A stretch of DNA of 64,000 bases from Octopus vulgaris (taxonomy: Eukaryota): positions 28,396,001 to 28,460,000 of the forward strand of contig OX597840.1 of the NCBI GenBank assembly GCA_951406725.2, read 5' to 3'. How positions within the stretch are numbered: the stretch's first letter is position 1; every line of letters begins with the position of its first letter. A model generated the notes under the pieces. It worked only from the letters and a program-made list of their open reading frames with translations. It ran no database searches and was not told the origin of the DNA. Below, piece after piece: positions 17,186 to 31,304 of this stretch. Both the position numbers and the translations under genes were made by a program.

Positions 17186-17331
17186 CACACACACACACAC
17201 ACACAAATTCCTCATTCTATAATGAAGTTGAACTAAAGGTAAAAATCATTCTGTCACGATGGCATTATATCTAATATTTTGAAGCTTACATTAATGGCCC
17301 TCACGTAACACAACCAAACATTAGCTGTGTA

Positions 17332-17844
17332 CAGGGTGCGGTGAATAAACTGTCGTCTAAATTACGCGAAAATGAAAATAACATTGACATCTCATTTTAA
17401 CAGATATATTTACCAAAATTACATAAAAATATCTTGAAATACTAAAGAGTAAATTTAATCAATAAAATCGCCATTGGCTTCAACAACGCCCTCCAGACAA
17501 CTTCGGAATCTCCTGCAACTCTTTGGATGATCTCCTTGTTTAAGCTGCTGAATGCTGCCATAATCCTTGCTCTCAGTTCATCTTTGGTTTTCCTAGGAGT
17601 TTTCTTGTTTTCTCGTTCAACTGCACCTATTACATAATAATCAAGGGGGTTGCAGTCTTGAGAGTTAGGTTGCCAGATGTTAGGGGTGGTGTGGTCGTAG
17701 AAATTGTCTACCAGCCATGACTGGGTTCTCCTGCTTGTGTGGCATTGTGCAGAGTCCTGTTGCCAGACATAGGGTCTTCCAGCAATCACCCTCTTCCCCA
17801 GGGCAGCACTACCTCATCCATGCACTTAATGTACACTATTGTAT

Positions 17845-17846
<2 letters not shown>
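17332..17846 (-). mobile_element. Tc1/mariner superfamily transposon, maT (DD37D) type, 3' fragment
   Basis: Peptide WQQDSAQCH...WQPNSQDCNPLDYY with 37 residues between the 2nd and 3rd catalytic Asp; TA+CAGGGTG TIR end at 17330-17338. Confidence 0.85.
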
Positions 17847-17894
<48 letters not shown>

Positions 17895-17903
<9 letters not shown>

Positions 17904-18130
17904 CCATTCTGTCTGTTTGTGCGCTCATAACTTGAGTATTGTTCATCCGATCGCGCTGAAATTTTATACATGGATACATGAGAGAGCGGGGTGTTCCATA
18001 ATCTAAAAAGTTTTTCAAAATTGTTAGTTTCAAAGTGAGAATCGCTATTTTTGTAATCTTTTTGTCCTGTTTGTACCGCCATTATAAGCAACCAGTTGCT
18101 CAGACAACCGGCACATACCATTTAGCTAGC
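17895..18130 (+). mobile_element. Probable non-autonomous Helitron
   Basis: (TA)n-aatccattctgtctgtttg start, ccgatcgcgctgaaattt motif, subterminal hairpin ccagttg/caaccgg, CTAG at 18127-18130 (next base is C, not the expected T). Confidence 0.5.
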
Positions 18131-18613
18131 AACAAGGGGAGTACAGGATGACAGTCAGCCCAAACCGTCGCTATGCTGTCTCTCTTCTTTTGTCTCTCTG
18201 TCTCTCTTATGTCGTCCCATTCCACTTGAAGTTGTGTATATATAGTGTGTTAAGATACGTTATCAATCATTTATCCTTGCGGAGAAGAAACAGTCAAAAG
18301 TAACCACCACATACTATCACCAAACATCTCCACTACTTAACACTGTCGAAGTTGACCTTCTTCATCCTTACAGCTGACATGAAAAACTATGAGGAAAAAC
18401 AACCATTTTAATTAAGCAGAAAAAGAGAAAAAAATTGATTGCTATTAAAATGCGATAACATTTTGGGGTTAATAATTTTAATCTTTAGTTACAATTTGTC
18501 ATTTAATCTACATAATAAGCACAATTGTCAGATTAAGATAGTAGGTTGTTTTGAGGGAGATTTGGCTTCTATTTCTACCAGGAATGAGAACCCAGGTTCG
18601 AAATTTCTCCAAG

Positions 18614-18657
18614 ACACCTGATGAAGGCTGGAGGGTATATCAGCCGAAAAGTTTTGT
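18614..18657 (+). ncRNA. Minimal type I hammerhead ribozyme-like motif in a Penelope pLTR-like repeat
   Basis: acac-CTGATGA-a-ggctg..cagcc-GAAA-agtt; the sister fragment at 14074-14092 (-) reads cagccGAAACGTTgtgt, restoring stems I and III. Confidence 0.6.
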
Positions 18658-19504
18658 TAACAACAAGCAAGATGAGGACAAATATCCGTCAAATGAAATA
18701 ATGTAAATAATGTACATAATTCCGCATCTCTTAAATATAGAACTCTATAATGTCCTGTAGTTAAACCCTGCATCGTGACCAAGAGTAGAATTTTAACATC
18801 TGAGTAATCTAGATTTTCATATATCTGGTCCTGACTTGTTCACGGGAGAGAGTATTTTGATATCACCGCAAAAAGCGATAGTAACAACACGGGCGATAGT
18901 TTTATCTATCGTTTTGAATTGCTGCGCAAAACCTCGTTGACCAGTGAAGCAAAACTCCACAGGCCCCCACGAGACAGATTTTTGTCAATAAATATTCAGT
19001 TTCTCATAAATTACCGTTGAAAAATGTTTCTTGTCCGTTGGGCAGAGGCGACTTCTATAACCGCTCGTCATTTTTCTTCTTTTGTCGCAAACAACCATAA
19101 CAAGGTCTGCTGCCGTGTTTTCACATTCTGGGGAATTTTAACGAGAAATTTCTCACAATATTTCTTATTAAAATCAATATCTATTCTCAACATCAGAAAT
19201 ATATATATATGTGTGTATCTGTGTATCTCAAGCTCCTGAGTTCCCTGCACGAATATCGCAGAGCTGGGGTCGGGGGTATCTTGTCGATGGTCGGTGGCGT
19301 CTCCTTGTTGATGAGGAAGGACTTTCCCCAAACCCTTTTTTCCCATATTCTCACGTGTCTTTCTCCCCCACTCTCCCTTGCTCCATTTCCTGATTCTTTC
19401 GCTTTCCCCTTTCTCTTTCCACCTCGTTCTCCTCTCCCCCTCTCTCTCTCACCTCTCATTATCCCCCACCTCCTAATCAGCGTGTGTGTGTGTGTGTTTA
19501 TCTC

Positions 19505-19825
19505 AGGGCGCGTGGTTTAGTGGTTAGGGTATTCGGCTCGCAATCGTAAGGCCATGAGTTCGATTCCAGGCGGTGCATCATGTCCTTGAGCAAGACACTT
19601 CATTTCACGTTGCTCCAGTCCACTCAGCTGCCAAAAAATGAGTAGTAACTGTTTTTCAAAGGGCCAGCTTTCTCACACTCTGTGTCATGTTGAATCTCCC
19701 TGATAACTACGTTAAGAGAACACGTGTCTGCGGAGTACTCAGCCACTTGTATGTTAATTTCACGAGCAGGCTGTTCTGTTGATCGGATCAACTGGAACCC
19801 TCGTCGTTGTAACCGACGAAGGGTT
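19505..19825 (+). mobile_element. SINE family E, full length
   Basis: tRNA-like head (tggtttagtgg, gagttcgattcc), gtccttgagcaagacactt core, tail ...ggaaccctcgtcgttgtaaccgacg; other copies at 16376 and 56610. Confidence 0.85.
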
Positions 19826-19911
19826 ACGCCATTCTCAAGAAAATTCCTACAACTTAGATCTTAGCTTTTATTTCCCTCCAGGGCCGATCAAGAAGATGCT
19901 ATTCGGCACAC

Positions 19912-19985
<74 letters not shown>

Positions 19986-20001
19986 TTATATATATATATA
20001 T

Positions 20002-20222
20002 ATTATAACTTAGGGTATCTACGAGATACCACCATGCTGAAAATAGCAGCCAGGATCTGACTCAAAAACCATCCTGGCTGCTATTTTCAGCATGGCAGTA
20101 TCTCGTATATACTCTGAGTTATAATTTTAATAATAATTATCACCTTTTGAAGGTTTTTATTTCCATGTTTACTTGATAAGATCGTTATAAAAATTTTAAT
20201 TAACGATCTTATCCTCATAAAT
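20002..20222. mobile_element. (TA)n-embedded repeat with a 54-bp-arm fold-back; family also at 31440-31600 and 34075-34150
   Basis: Arms at 20002-20056 and 20071-20124; shared ccaccatgc(t/c)gaaa(a)tagcag and aaaggtgataa segments. Confidence 0.6.
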
Positions 20223-20248
20223 ATATATATATATATATATACATATAT

Positions 20249-20775
<527 letters not shown>

Positions 20776-21933
20776 ATATCCGGTAGCCTTTCTTTTGTTC
20801 AGTTAGCCTTCTATTTATGAATTAGTCTCCCCAATCATTTGTATATCGATCTCTCAGTGTATAGATTAATGTATATAAAAGAGTAGATAAATAGCAGCTA
20901 ATATATATATGCATTTGTGTGTGTGTGTATGTGTATACATGCAATTGTGATGCATAAATGTGTCCTTTTCTCATTCTCTCCTTATCGATGCGCATATACA
21001 TTTGCAGACCTGTATACATTTTATGCATACATAAGTATTCAAATGTATATATGGGCATACAATGGAAAATACTTAGACACACGTATACATACATACATAC
21101 ATACTTACATACATTCATACATACATACATACATACATACATACATACATACACACACATACATACATACATACATGCATGCATACATACACGCATACAT
21201 ACGTATAAGCATGGATACATAGATATATGCTTTCATACATATATACATAAATACATACATAAATACATACATACATACATTCCTACATAAATATATATAT
21301 ACATATATATACAGACAGATATACATACATACATGCTTGCATACATATATACATGCATGTTTACAGAGATACATAAATATATATATACATATATATATAT
21401 ATACATACATAAATATATATATACATATATATACATATATACATACATACATATACATTCATACATATATACATACATACATATACATTCATACTTTCAT
21501 ATATACGCACACATAGATACCTAAATACATACGTATGTACATACATACTTATATATATAAATACATACATTCATGCATACAAAAATACATACATACACAT
21601 ACATACATGCATACATACATGCATACATACATACATACATACATACATACATACATACATACATACATACATGCATACATACATACATACATACATGCTT
21701 GCATACATATATACACACATGCGTGGTTACACAAAGGTAAGCAACTGCATAGCTTGAGATGGGACTCATGGCGCCAGCCAATCAAACTCCCTCACACAAA
21801 AGGACGACGTTGTCACGTGAGATGGCAGATTCAATGGCCGACAAAATGGCGTTTGTTTGGACTGACCAAATAGGAGTAAGGTCAACAATAGCACAGTAAA
21901 TAGCCTCGGTTTTCCATTGGTTGAACACTGCCC

Positions 21934-21991
<58 letters not shown>

Positions 21992-22135
21992 TTATCATAT
22001 ACACAGTTATACATGCAAACATACTTACTGATACATACTGTACACAGACTCTCACCCGCATATACACATACACATAATTATACATATATATATACACACC
22101 TTTCTGCAGTTTGGCGATTGCCAATTCTGGTTCAC

Positions 22136-22382
<247 letters not shown>

Positions 22383-22434
22383 GTTAATTCCCACTAAATG
22401 TGTTGAGGGCCTCTTTCGTTTGTCTGCTCACTCG

Positions 22435-22466
<32 letters not shown>

Positions 22467-22660
22467 CGTGTACATATAGATATATATGCATATACATATG
22501 TGTATATATATGCATATATATATGCATATATGTGAGTGTGTATGTATATGTATGGTTATATACATACACATATAGAAATCTTTGTATTGTCAGTTACATT
22601 CATCACAGTTTGCGCCTATTGCATCATTCATATATATGTTGGTGTGTGTGTGTGTGTGTG

Positions 22661-22701
<41 letters not shown>

Positions 22702-22811
22702 GGTTCTTATTTCTAGCAATATGGGTGTTTCTTACACCCTAGTCATATATAGTGACAATTGCAGTTTTCCTTTTTGGTAAAACATTGCAGACTTCTGTTA
22801 TAATTTTGTGA

Positions 22812-22863
<52 letters not shown>

Positions 22864-23200
22864 GCATACATACATACATGCAAATATATATATACATATA
22901 GATATATAGATATATATATATGTATGCATATGCAAGTGTGTGTATGTGTTATGTATGTGTCAGAAATATATATCTAACTAAAAAACTATGTTGGTGTAGC
23001 AGTGAATAAGTCGGATGTATATACACATCTGTATGTGTGCATCAGTGTATTTGCATATTTGTTCATGTGTGCGCAGATATATACATACATACATAGATAC
23101 ATACATACATGCATACATACATACATACCTACATACATACATACCTACATACATACATACATACATACCTACATACATACATATATACATACATACATAT

Positions 23201-23231
<31 letters not shown>

Positions 23232-23658
23232 CATACATACATACATACATACATACATACATACATACATACATACATACATACATACATACATACATAC
23301 ATACATACATACATACATACATACATTAATACATACATACATACATACATACATACATAGAGGGCGTGATATGCATGGGTGTTTATTTTTTTGTAAACGT
23401 AATCCGTTAATGCCTCGTGTTTACTCTGCTTATTAGTAAGTATTTATAAAAAGTAAATATTTGAGCAAATATCCTAACGGCACTCCATGGAGGTGCTTAT
23501 TGTTCAAACCGGAAATGGAGGCGGCCAGCACCGCATTGAAAAAAATATATATATTTATACATTATTAAAGGGAGTAGCCGCCCCACCATGACTTGTCACG
23601 GTTAGTGAGTTTGTCCAGTGGTACATGGAAGACATGCCTACATTGACCAGTAGTAATA

Positions 23659-24790
23659 TATTTCTTTACTACCCACAAGGGGCTAAACACAGAAGAGACA
23701 AACAAGGACAGACACACGGATTAAGTCGATTATATCGACCCCAGTGCGTAACTGGTACTTATTTAATCGACCCCGAAAGGATGAAAGGCAAAGTCGACCT
23801 CGGTGGAATTTGAACTCAGAACGTAAAAACAGACGAAATACCTATTTCTTTATTACCTACAAGGTACTAAACATAGGGGCGGACAAACAAGGACAGACAA
23901 ACGGATTAAGTCGATTATATCGACCTCAGTGCGTAACTGGTACTTAATTTATCGACCCCGAAAGGATGAAAGGCAAAATCGACCTCGGCAGAATTTGAAC
24001 TCAGAACGTAACCGCAGACGAAATACCTATTTCTTTACTACCCACAAGGGGCTAAACGCAGAGAGGACAAACAAGGACAGACAAACGGATTAAGTCAATT
24101 ACGCTCACCCCAGTGCGTAACTGGTACTTAATTTATCGACCCCGAAAGGATGAAAGGCAAAGTCGACCTCGGCGGAATTTGAACTCAGAACGTAACGGCA
24201 GACGAAATACCCATTTCTTTACTACTCACAAGGGGCTAAACGAAGAGAGGACAAACAAGGAGAGACAAAAGGATTAAGTTGATTATATCGACCCCCAGTG
24301 CGTAACTGGTACTTAATTTATCGACCCCGAAAGGATGAAAGGCAAAGTCGACCTCGGCGGAATTTGAACTCAGAACGTAACGGCAGACGAAATACCCATT
24401 TCTTTACTACTCACAAGGGGCTAAACGAAGAGAGGACAAACAAGGAGAGACAAAAGGATTAAGTTGATTATATCGACCCCCAGTGCGTAACTGGTACTTA
24501 ATTTATCGACCCCGAAAGGATGAAAGGCAAAGTCGACCTCGGCGGAATTTGAACTCAGAACGTAACGGCAGAGAAATACCTATTTCTTTACTACCCACAA
24601 GGGGCTAAGGGCTAAACGCAGAGAGGACAAACAAGGACAGACAAACGGATTAAGTCGATTATATCGACCCCAGTGCGTAACTGGTACTTTATTTATCGAC
24701 CCCGAAAGGATGAAAGGCAAAGTCGACCTCGGCGGAATTTGAACTCAGAACGTAACGGCAGACGAAATACGGCTACGCTTTTCGCACGGC
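23659..24790 (-). repeat. Tandem array of six ~185-bp SINE B bodies
   Basis: Anchors at 23832, 24017, 24201, 24386, 24571, 24761. Confidence 0.92.
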
Positions 24791-24999
24791 CGTATTTCGT
24801 CTGCCGTTACGTTCTGAGTGGCAGACGAAATACGGCCAGGCGAAATGCGTAGCCAAGGCTACCTGGTGCCTAAATAATGGTGTTGTCCAGATGGTTAGGT
24901 TTGGTTCGTTTTAGATATGTTTGAAAATATCAACTAGGGTCAAGTACCCAGTCTCAGCCAGAAATAGGGAGAAAGAAGCGCCTTTGAAAAGTCGAATAG

Positions 25000-26300
25000 A
25001 GGTGGTGATTTCTTTATATCAGTTTTGGATTTTCTGAATTTTAAAATTCTTTTGATGCTTGAATGTTGTGCAATGCACCGGTTTTTCTATAATCGACTGA
25101 CAACATCTGCCCTTTTACGCCTTGTGGGAAAAAAACACTTTCTACTAGTCAGGATCTCCAGCTACCGCCAATGGCCACTTTGCAGTGTTGTCAGTATGCA
25201 ACGACATTTGACGTGCAGGTATGTACTGAGGCTACGAAACTACAAAAATCCCTAGACACTGATCAGATGAAGTCACCGTTTATTAGGAACATTTCCCGGT
25301 AACTCGTCTCTACGGTGAAGTTGTAGTTCTGGTTATTGTGTATATTAATATGACCTCCAGGTATTTTGAATCTTGGGTACTGCGGCAGATAGTACAGATG
25401 GTACAGTGGCAGAATTGTGCGACAAATGTAGATGTCAGTAAATAACACCCGGACAGCATCTTCTGGATGGCATATTCCAGGGGAGTATTGACGGCTTCTA
25501 GAAATCTCGGGTCTTGAATCACTTGTTTAGGAATGAAAATGCTGTCGGCTGAACACTTTCAAGATTCACGTAGATGCACGAAATAGTTCTGCAAGCATTT
25601 GTTTGATGTCCGAGAATTGAGGAATTACAACCGTGTTTCGTGGTCTGCTACCACAACAGCTCCTTCATAGGATCCAGTTAGCTCAAGACATCATCGGGAG
25701 GAACTACGTCCGGTTTCGGCCCCTACTCCTCTACCGTTTTGACGTGGCACCCCCCCCCCCCCCTTTCGGAGGTGTCTTCAGCTCCGGTGTTGGGTGCATG
25801 TCTTCTTTCTTCTTCTTCTTTCTTCTGTTCCCTGGCCTCTTCGATGTATCGTCAGCAAGTGTCAGCCGGTGACTGACTGTCTTGTCAAATTTTTCCCCTT
25901 TAAATATCTGCCGCATAGGCTCCAGCAGGCAGCCCCAGCAAGTTGTCACGTGACACTGTCTCACCTTAACTGACTAGTGAAAGCGCGTAGTTTTAGCCCG
26001 CGCCTTTTCTAAACGACTGTCACCTGTCGGTCAGCTTGTCTCACCTAATGATGTATTTTCCCAGTTAAATCGAAAAGCTGTTGACGTTTGCAAGACAAAT
26101 ATGGTTGTCCACTAAATCCATCAAAAAGTATATCCGAAGCTGTGAAGGGATGTGGGCAGTTTTGCTCTATCAGGTAGCTATGGCGAAAGCGGTTATTTGA
26201 TGAACAGGCTTGATACAATTGAGAACAAGAACTGTGTCCGGAAAATTCGCCATAAATTAGGCACACGATCAGACTGCAAACTCGATTATTCATTTTAAAG
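25000..26300 (-). pseudogene. Possible heavily decayed LINE (ORF1 knuckle-like and APE endonuclease-like remnants)
   Basis: Fragments CHVTTCWGC, VIQDPRFL and HINIHN...FLINGDFI (GDFN-like) in plausible order; many frameshifts. Confidence 0.35.
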
Positions 26301-26413
26301 AACTTACCTTTCTTTAGTCGGTAAGTTAGTTTATAAAGTTACCCTTTTAAGAAGACAGCTAACTTTTTCTTTTTGAATCTTTTTTTTACGACGAAATTTC
26401 AAAAATATTTTAT

Positions 26414-26822
26414 AGGCGCAGGAGTGGCTGTGTGGTAAGTAGCTTGTTTACCGACCACATGGTTCCGGGTTCCGTCCCACTGCGTGGCGCCTTGGGCAAG
26501 TGTCTTCTACAACAGCTTCGGGCTGACCAAAGCCTTGTGAGTGGATTTGGTTGACGGAAACTGAAAGAAGCCAGTCGTATATATGTATATATATATGCGT
26601 GTGTGTGTCTGTGTGTCTGTGTTTGTCCCCCCAACATCGCTTGACAAACGATGCTGTGTGTTTATGTCCCCGTCACTTAGCGGTTCGGCAAAAGAGACCG
26701 ATAGAATAAGTACTGGGCTTACAAAAGAATAAGTCCCGGGGTTGAGTTGCTCGATTAAAGGCGGTGCTCCAGCATGGCCGCAGTCAAATTACTGAAACAA
26801 GTAAAAGAGAGTAAAAGGGAGT
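26414..26822 (+). mobile_element. SINE family A, full length (reference copy)
   Basis: aggcgcaggagtggctgtgtggtaag (A box), gggttccgtccc (B-box-like), ccttgggcaagtgtcttc core, microsatellite, aagtaaaagag tail. Confidence 0.92.
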
Positions 26823-27297
26823 AGTGAAATTTCCGAAACCACCAAGAACATATCCGTTTCTCTTTTTTCTTCGCTTTGGTCAATGTCTCTTAAACCTTTT
26901 CGAGTAAATTTCGAGAGGAAAATGGGGTCGAATGGTCATGCTCTCCAGTAAATTTTCTGAAACGGAGTTGAGTATGACAAGTGTTGCCTTGGCGAACAGA
27001 CTTATTCTCAGCCGAGATCTTTAGATCTGAGAACTCAACTGGGAGAGGGCGTTTCCTTTGGTAGTTTGAGTAGCCTAGGATCTGTGGAATTCTCTGGTTA
27101 GTCCAAAGTAACTCTTATACTATTTTGCAATGTATACGGCCATTTTTCTTTCTATTTTGTTGATTTTCATGACGGGTTTTTATCTCTTTCATTTCAATAT
27201 AATACACCTGTTGTTTATTTTCTAACTTGTCAATGCAAGTGCCTTACCTAACATTCTTGTGGCAAATAAACAGATTCTTCTTATTATTATCATTATT

Positions 27298-27764
27298 CAG
27301 TAGTTTTATTTTTATAGTGTGCTTTCACTTCATTACCGAGCGCAGCTCTGTGTGCCTTGGGTATGTGCTGTGATTTGTTGTGATGCTCTGATGGTTATTG
27401 TATGGAAAGTGTTCTGCGTAGGATGTGTGCAGTGCCTAGTAGTGCAATTTTCTGAATGTTATATGTGTTTGTAAGTCCTGGTGCTTTTGTTATGTATTTG
27501 TCTGAATATTTTTTTATCATGCCTAATGCACCTACTATGATAGGAATTGTTTCTGTTTTCAGATTCCACATTCTGGTTACCTCTATTTCCAGGTCTTTGT
27601 ATTTTGAAAGTTTCTCCATTTCTTTTAGAGACACGTTGTCATCTGCTGGTATTGATACATCAATTAGAAAGCATTTTTTCTTCATGATCTCTGACAACTA
27701 TATCTGGTCTGTTGGCCTTAATTTCTCTATCTGTGTGTATTGGCATATTCCAGAGTATGGTTGC

Positions 27765-27767
<3 letters not shown>
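27298..27767 (-). mobile_element. R4/Dong-clade non-LTR retrotransposon, 5'-truncated, restriction-like endonuclease domain
   Basis: KATILWNMPIHTDREIKANRPDIVV/(frameshift)KCFLIDVSIPADDNVSLKEMEKLSKYKDLEIEVTRMW..IPIIVGALG..QKIALLGTAHILRRTL; (TAA)n on both sides, the known Dong target. Confidence 0.9.
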
Positions 27768-27846
<79 letters not shown>

Positions 27847-28079
27847 AGTTTGCACGAACAGACTTGTTATAGAACCGCTCCGAAAAAAATTTGGATTCTT
27901 ACCAAGTTTCTTCATTGGCCGAATTCTTTCATTGTTTTAAGGTCAAGCGTCTCTTTCATCTTTTCAGGGTCGATAAAATAAAGTATCGGTCAAGTACAGG
28001 AGGTGGTGTCGGGGGAGGGGTATCGACTACGCCACCCCACAAAAACAAAACACCGCTAGCCTTGAAACAACAATTACAT

Positions 28080-28780
28080 CTATTGCCACCAATACCAACA
28101 TCACCACTATCACCGCTACTACAATTACAACTGTCACCCCTACTGACACCACCACCACCACCATCACCATACTGCCACCTCTACTGCCAATGCTGCCACC
28201 ACAACTATAACCAGCGCCACCAAAAGCTCCACTACCACCATCGCCGCAACTACCTTACCATCACTATCACCACCACCATCAACACCACCACAACCCCACC
28301 ACCACAGCAGCCGCCACCACCAATATCAACCCATCTACCACCGCCGCCACTATATTCATCATCACCTTACCACTATCACCACCACCACGACTACTACTAC
28401 TACTACTACCACTACTACTATTACTATTACCAGTACAAATACTACAACGACGATGACCACTACCACCACCACCACCGCTATCACCACCACCACTACCACC
28501 ACCACCTCCACCACCACCACACCACTACTTTTACTACTACTACTACTACTACTACCAGTACAAATACTAAAACGACGATGACCACCACCACCACCACTAC
28601 TACTTCTACTACTTTTACTACTACTACTACTACCAGTACAAATACTACAACTAAGAAGACCGCTACCACTACCACCACCACCACCACCACCACTACCACC
28701 ACCACTACTACTACTTTTACTACTACTACTACCAGTACAAATACTACCTCCACCACCTCCACCACCACCACCACCACCGA
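28080..28780. repeat. Degenerate (ACC/ACT)n tract with recurring accagtacaaatacta
   Basis: Motif recurs four times (~28430, 28555, 28633, 28731). Confidence 0.85.
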
Positions 28781-28946
28781 ACTCATCTTCGTTTTACAAT
28801 GAAACCAGAAATCAATTTCACACATCAATAGGTTTAATCATCATCGAATGTGTTTGATCTCCTTTTTTTCTGTTCAATTTATTAATTGATTCATTAAAGT
28901 TTATTTAAAGAAATATAAACCACACACACATATACATATATACGTG

Positions 28947-28988
<42 letters not shown>

Positions 28989-29176
28989 TATACATATTTA
29001 TATATATACACACACACACACACCACATATATATACACATACATACATACATAAGGCGTGCTCTAGCATGGCCGCAGTCAAATGACTGAAACAAGTGAAA
29101 GAAAACTAAAAGAACATATATATATACATATATATGTATATATATATATATATATGTATTTATATATGTATGTATA

Positions 29177-29242
<66 letters not shown>

Positions 29243-29311
29243 TGTATATGTATGTATATATGTATTGTTAATAGTAATAATCATTATTATTATTGTTGAT
29301 ATGTGTGTGTG

Positions 29312-29361
<50 letters not shown>

Positions 29362-29653
29362 TATATATATGCATGCTTGTATGTATGTATGTATGTATGT
29401 ATGTATGCATGCATATGCGTATGCATGTATGAATGCATATGTTTGCATAGATATATGTACGTTGAATGTATGTATATATATATATATGTATGTGTATAAA
29501 ATATACGCGTATGTGTATATGCACGTTTATATCTATATATGTATATGTGTGTACACGACTGTGTGAATATATTGTAGAGCACTGAGTACATGAAATAGAG
29601 TACATAAAATAGAATTTCTATGTTTATTTTTAGTTCCATACAGGCTGCACACG

Positions 29654-29701
<48 letters not shown>

Positions 29702-29724
29702 TCCTTGAAGATGATATTGAATAT

Positions 29725-30150
29725 ACTCTTTACTCTCTTTTACTCTTTTACTTGTTTCAGCCATTTGACTGTGGCCATGCTAGAGCACCGCCTTTAATCG
29801 AGCAAATCAACCAGGGACTTATTCTTTTGTAAGCTCAGTACTTATTCTATCGGTCTCTTTTGCCGAACCGCTAGTGACCGGGACATAAACACACCAGCAT
29901 CGGTTGTCAAGCAATGCTAGGAGGACAAACACAAATACACAAACATATACACGCATATATATATATATATGTATATACATATATACGACGGGCTTCTTTC
30001 AGTTTCCGTCTACCAAATCCACTCACAGGGCTTTGGTCGGCCCGGGGCTATAGCAGAAGACACTTGCCCAAGGTGCCACGCAGTGGGACTGAACCAGGAA
30101 CCATGTGGTTGGTAAACAAGCTACTTACCACACAGCCACTCCTGCACCTA
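29725..30150 (-). mobile_element. SINE family A, full length
   Basis: Reverse complement of 26414-26822. Confidence 0.9.
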
Positions 30151-30649
30151 TCATATGTATAACTTGACAGAATTTTATTGTTGTGATGTAGGTTTCTCAT
30201 GGATAAAGGCTGCTCGCGTTATCAGATCTGTGGTGTCACGATCTCTGGTGTCTTGGCTCTTGAACAACTGCGTACTTTTATGTGGAGCCATCTGGCGGCT
30301 GTCAGTTCGATTGGCAGAAACTCCACAAGGCTTCTGTGAATAACTAAACCCGAATTTCAAAGCAGTTATTGCGGGTTGTGATGTTCGGAGATTGGAGGAT
30401 TATGGAATTTGTTTCCAAGTGGACATTCCGCTTATGGGGGCAATTGGATAATAACTCTGTTCCTCTATTCAAGTGATATCCTTGTCTACTTCAGGAGTTG
30501 CAATATTTCAAGCAGCGACCTAAAATTCCTTACTTTGTTTAAAGTATGAACTGGAGGATATGGTAGTACTTCGTTCCCAAGTTTTTATTTGAACAATGAC
30601 AGAGTCTTGATCTGATGAAATGACTTGATTTATTCTTTTTTTTTTCTTT

Positions 30650-30875
30650 TTCGCCCTTTTCAAGCCTAGCCAGTTCCATGGGCCCGGTTTCCCGGTTTCT
30701 GTGGCGTATGTGTTCACTGCAGTTGGACGTGACGCCAGTTCATCGCAGTGTTACTCAAGAAAGAGGAAGAGAGAGTGAGAGAAAGTTGTGGCGAAAGAGT
30801 ACAACAGGAGTCTCCACCACCCGCTTCCGGAGCCTCGGGGAGCTTTTAGGTGTTTTCGCTCTAGAAAGACATACA
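30650..30875 (-). mobile_element. SINE related to family C, 5'-truncated
   Basis: Reverse complement of ctctttcgccacaactttctctcactct and gaaaccgggaaaccgg. Confidence 0.7.
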
Positions 30876-30877
30876 AC

Positions 30878-31145
30878 TTATTTGGACCAAGTTATATCAT
30901 ATTTCCTCCTTAAATCGCTACACAAAATCAGCCAAAGCTGTCGAATGCTTCTTGTTGATGCTCTTGAAGCTGGTGACATGGTTGCGATAACGATTCTTAA
31001 ATGAATCGGCCGTTGTCCCAATGTAAACGTAAGGACCTCCCTTTGTGTGTATGGTGCATTTATATACAAGATTTGTATTCATACAGAGGTTCATCATTGG
31101 GCATTTTGTTTTTTCTCTGCATGAACATTTATTAGATTTAGTTGT
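30878..31145 (-). mobile_element. Penelope-like element GIY-YIG endonuclease fragment
   Basis: KCSCREKTKCPMMNLCMNTNLVYKCTIHTKGGPYVYIGTTADSFKNRYRNHVTSFKSINKKHSTALADFV../YDITWSK: CxC-C-C linker, VY..YIG, FKxRYxNH. Confidence 0.88.
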
Positions 31146-31250
31146 ATATATGTGGAAGTGTCGACTTGATACACGTAGACACACGTGCGCGCACGCACAC
31201 AAACACACACACACACATGTTTATTTTTAGTTCCATACAGGCTGCACACG

Positions 31251-31304
<54 letters not shown>

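Noticed and set aside
23659-24790. Hammerhead retrozyme array
   Set aside because: No CUGANGA/GAAA core found on either strand of the unit
27891-28802. 303-aa Pro/His/Thr-rich, mucin-like ORF
   Set aside because: Begins in a SINE B fragment and runs through degenerate ACC/ACT repeats
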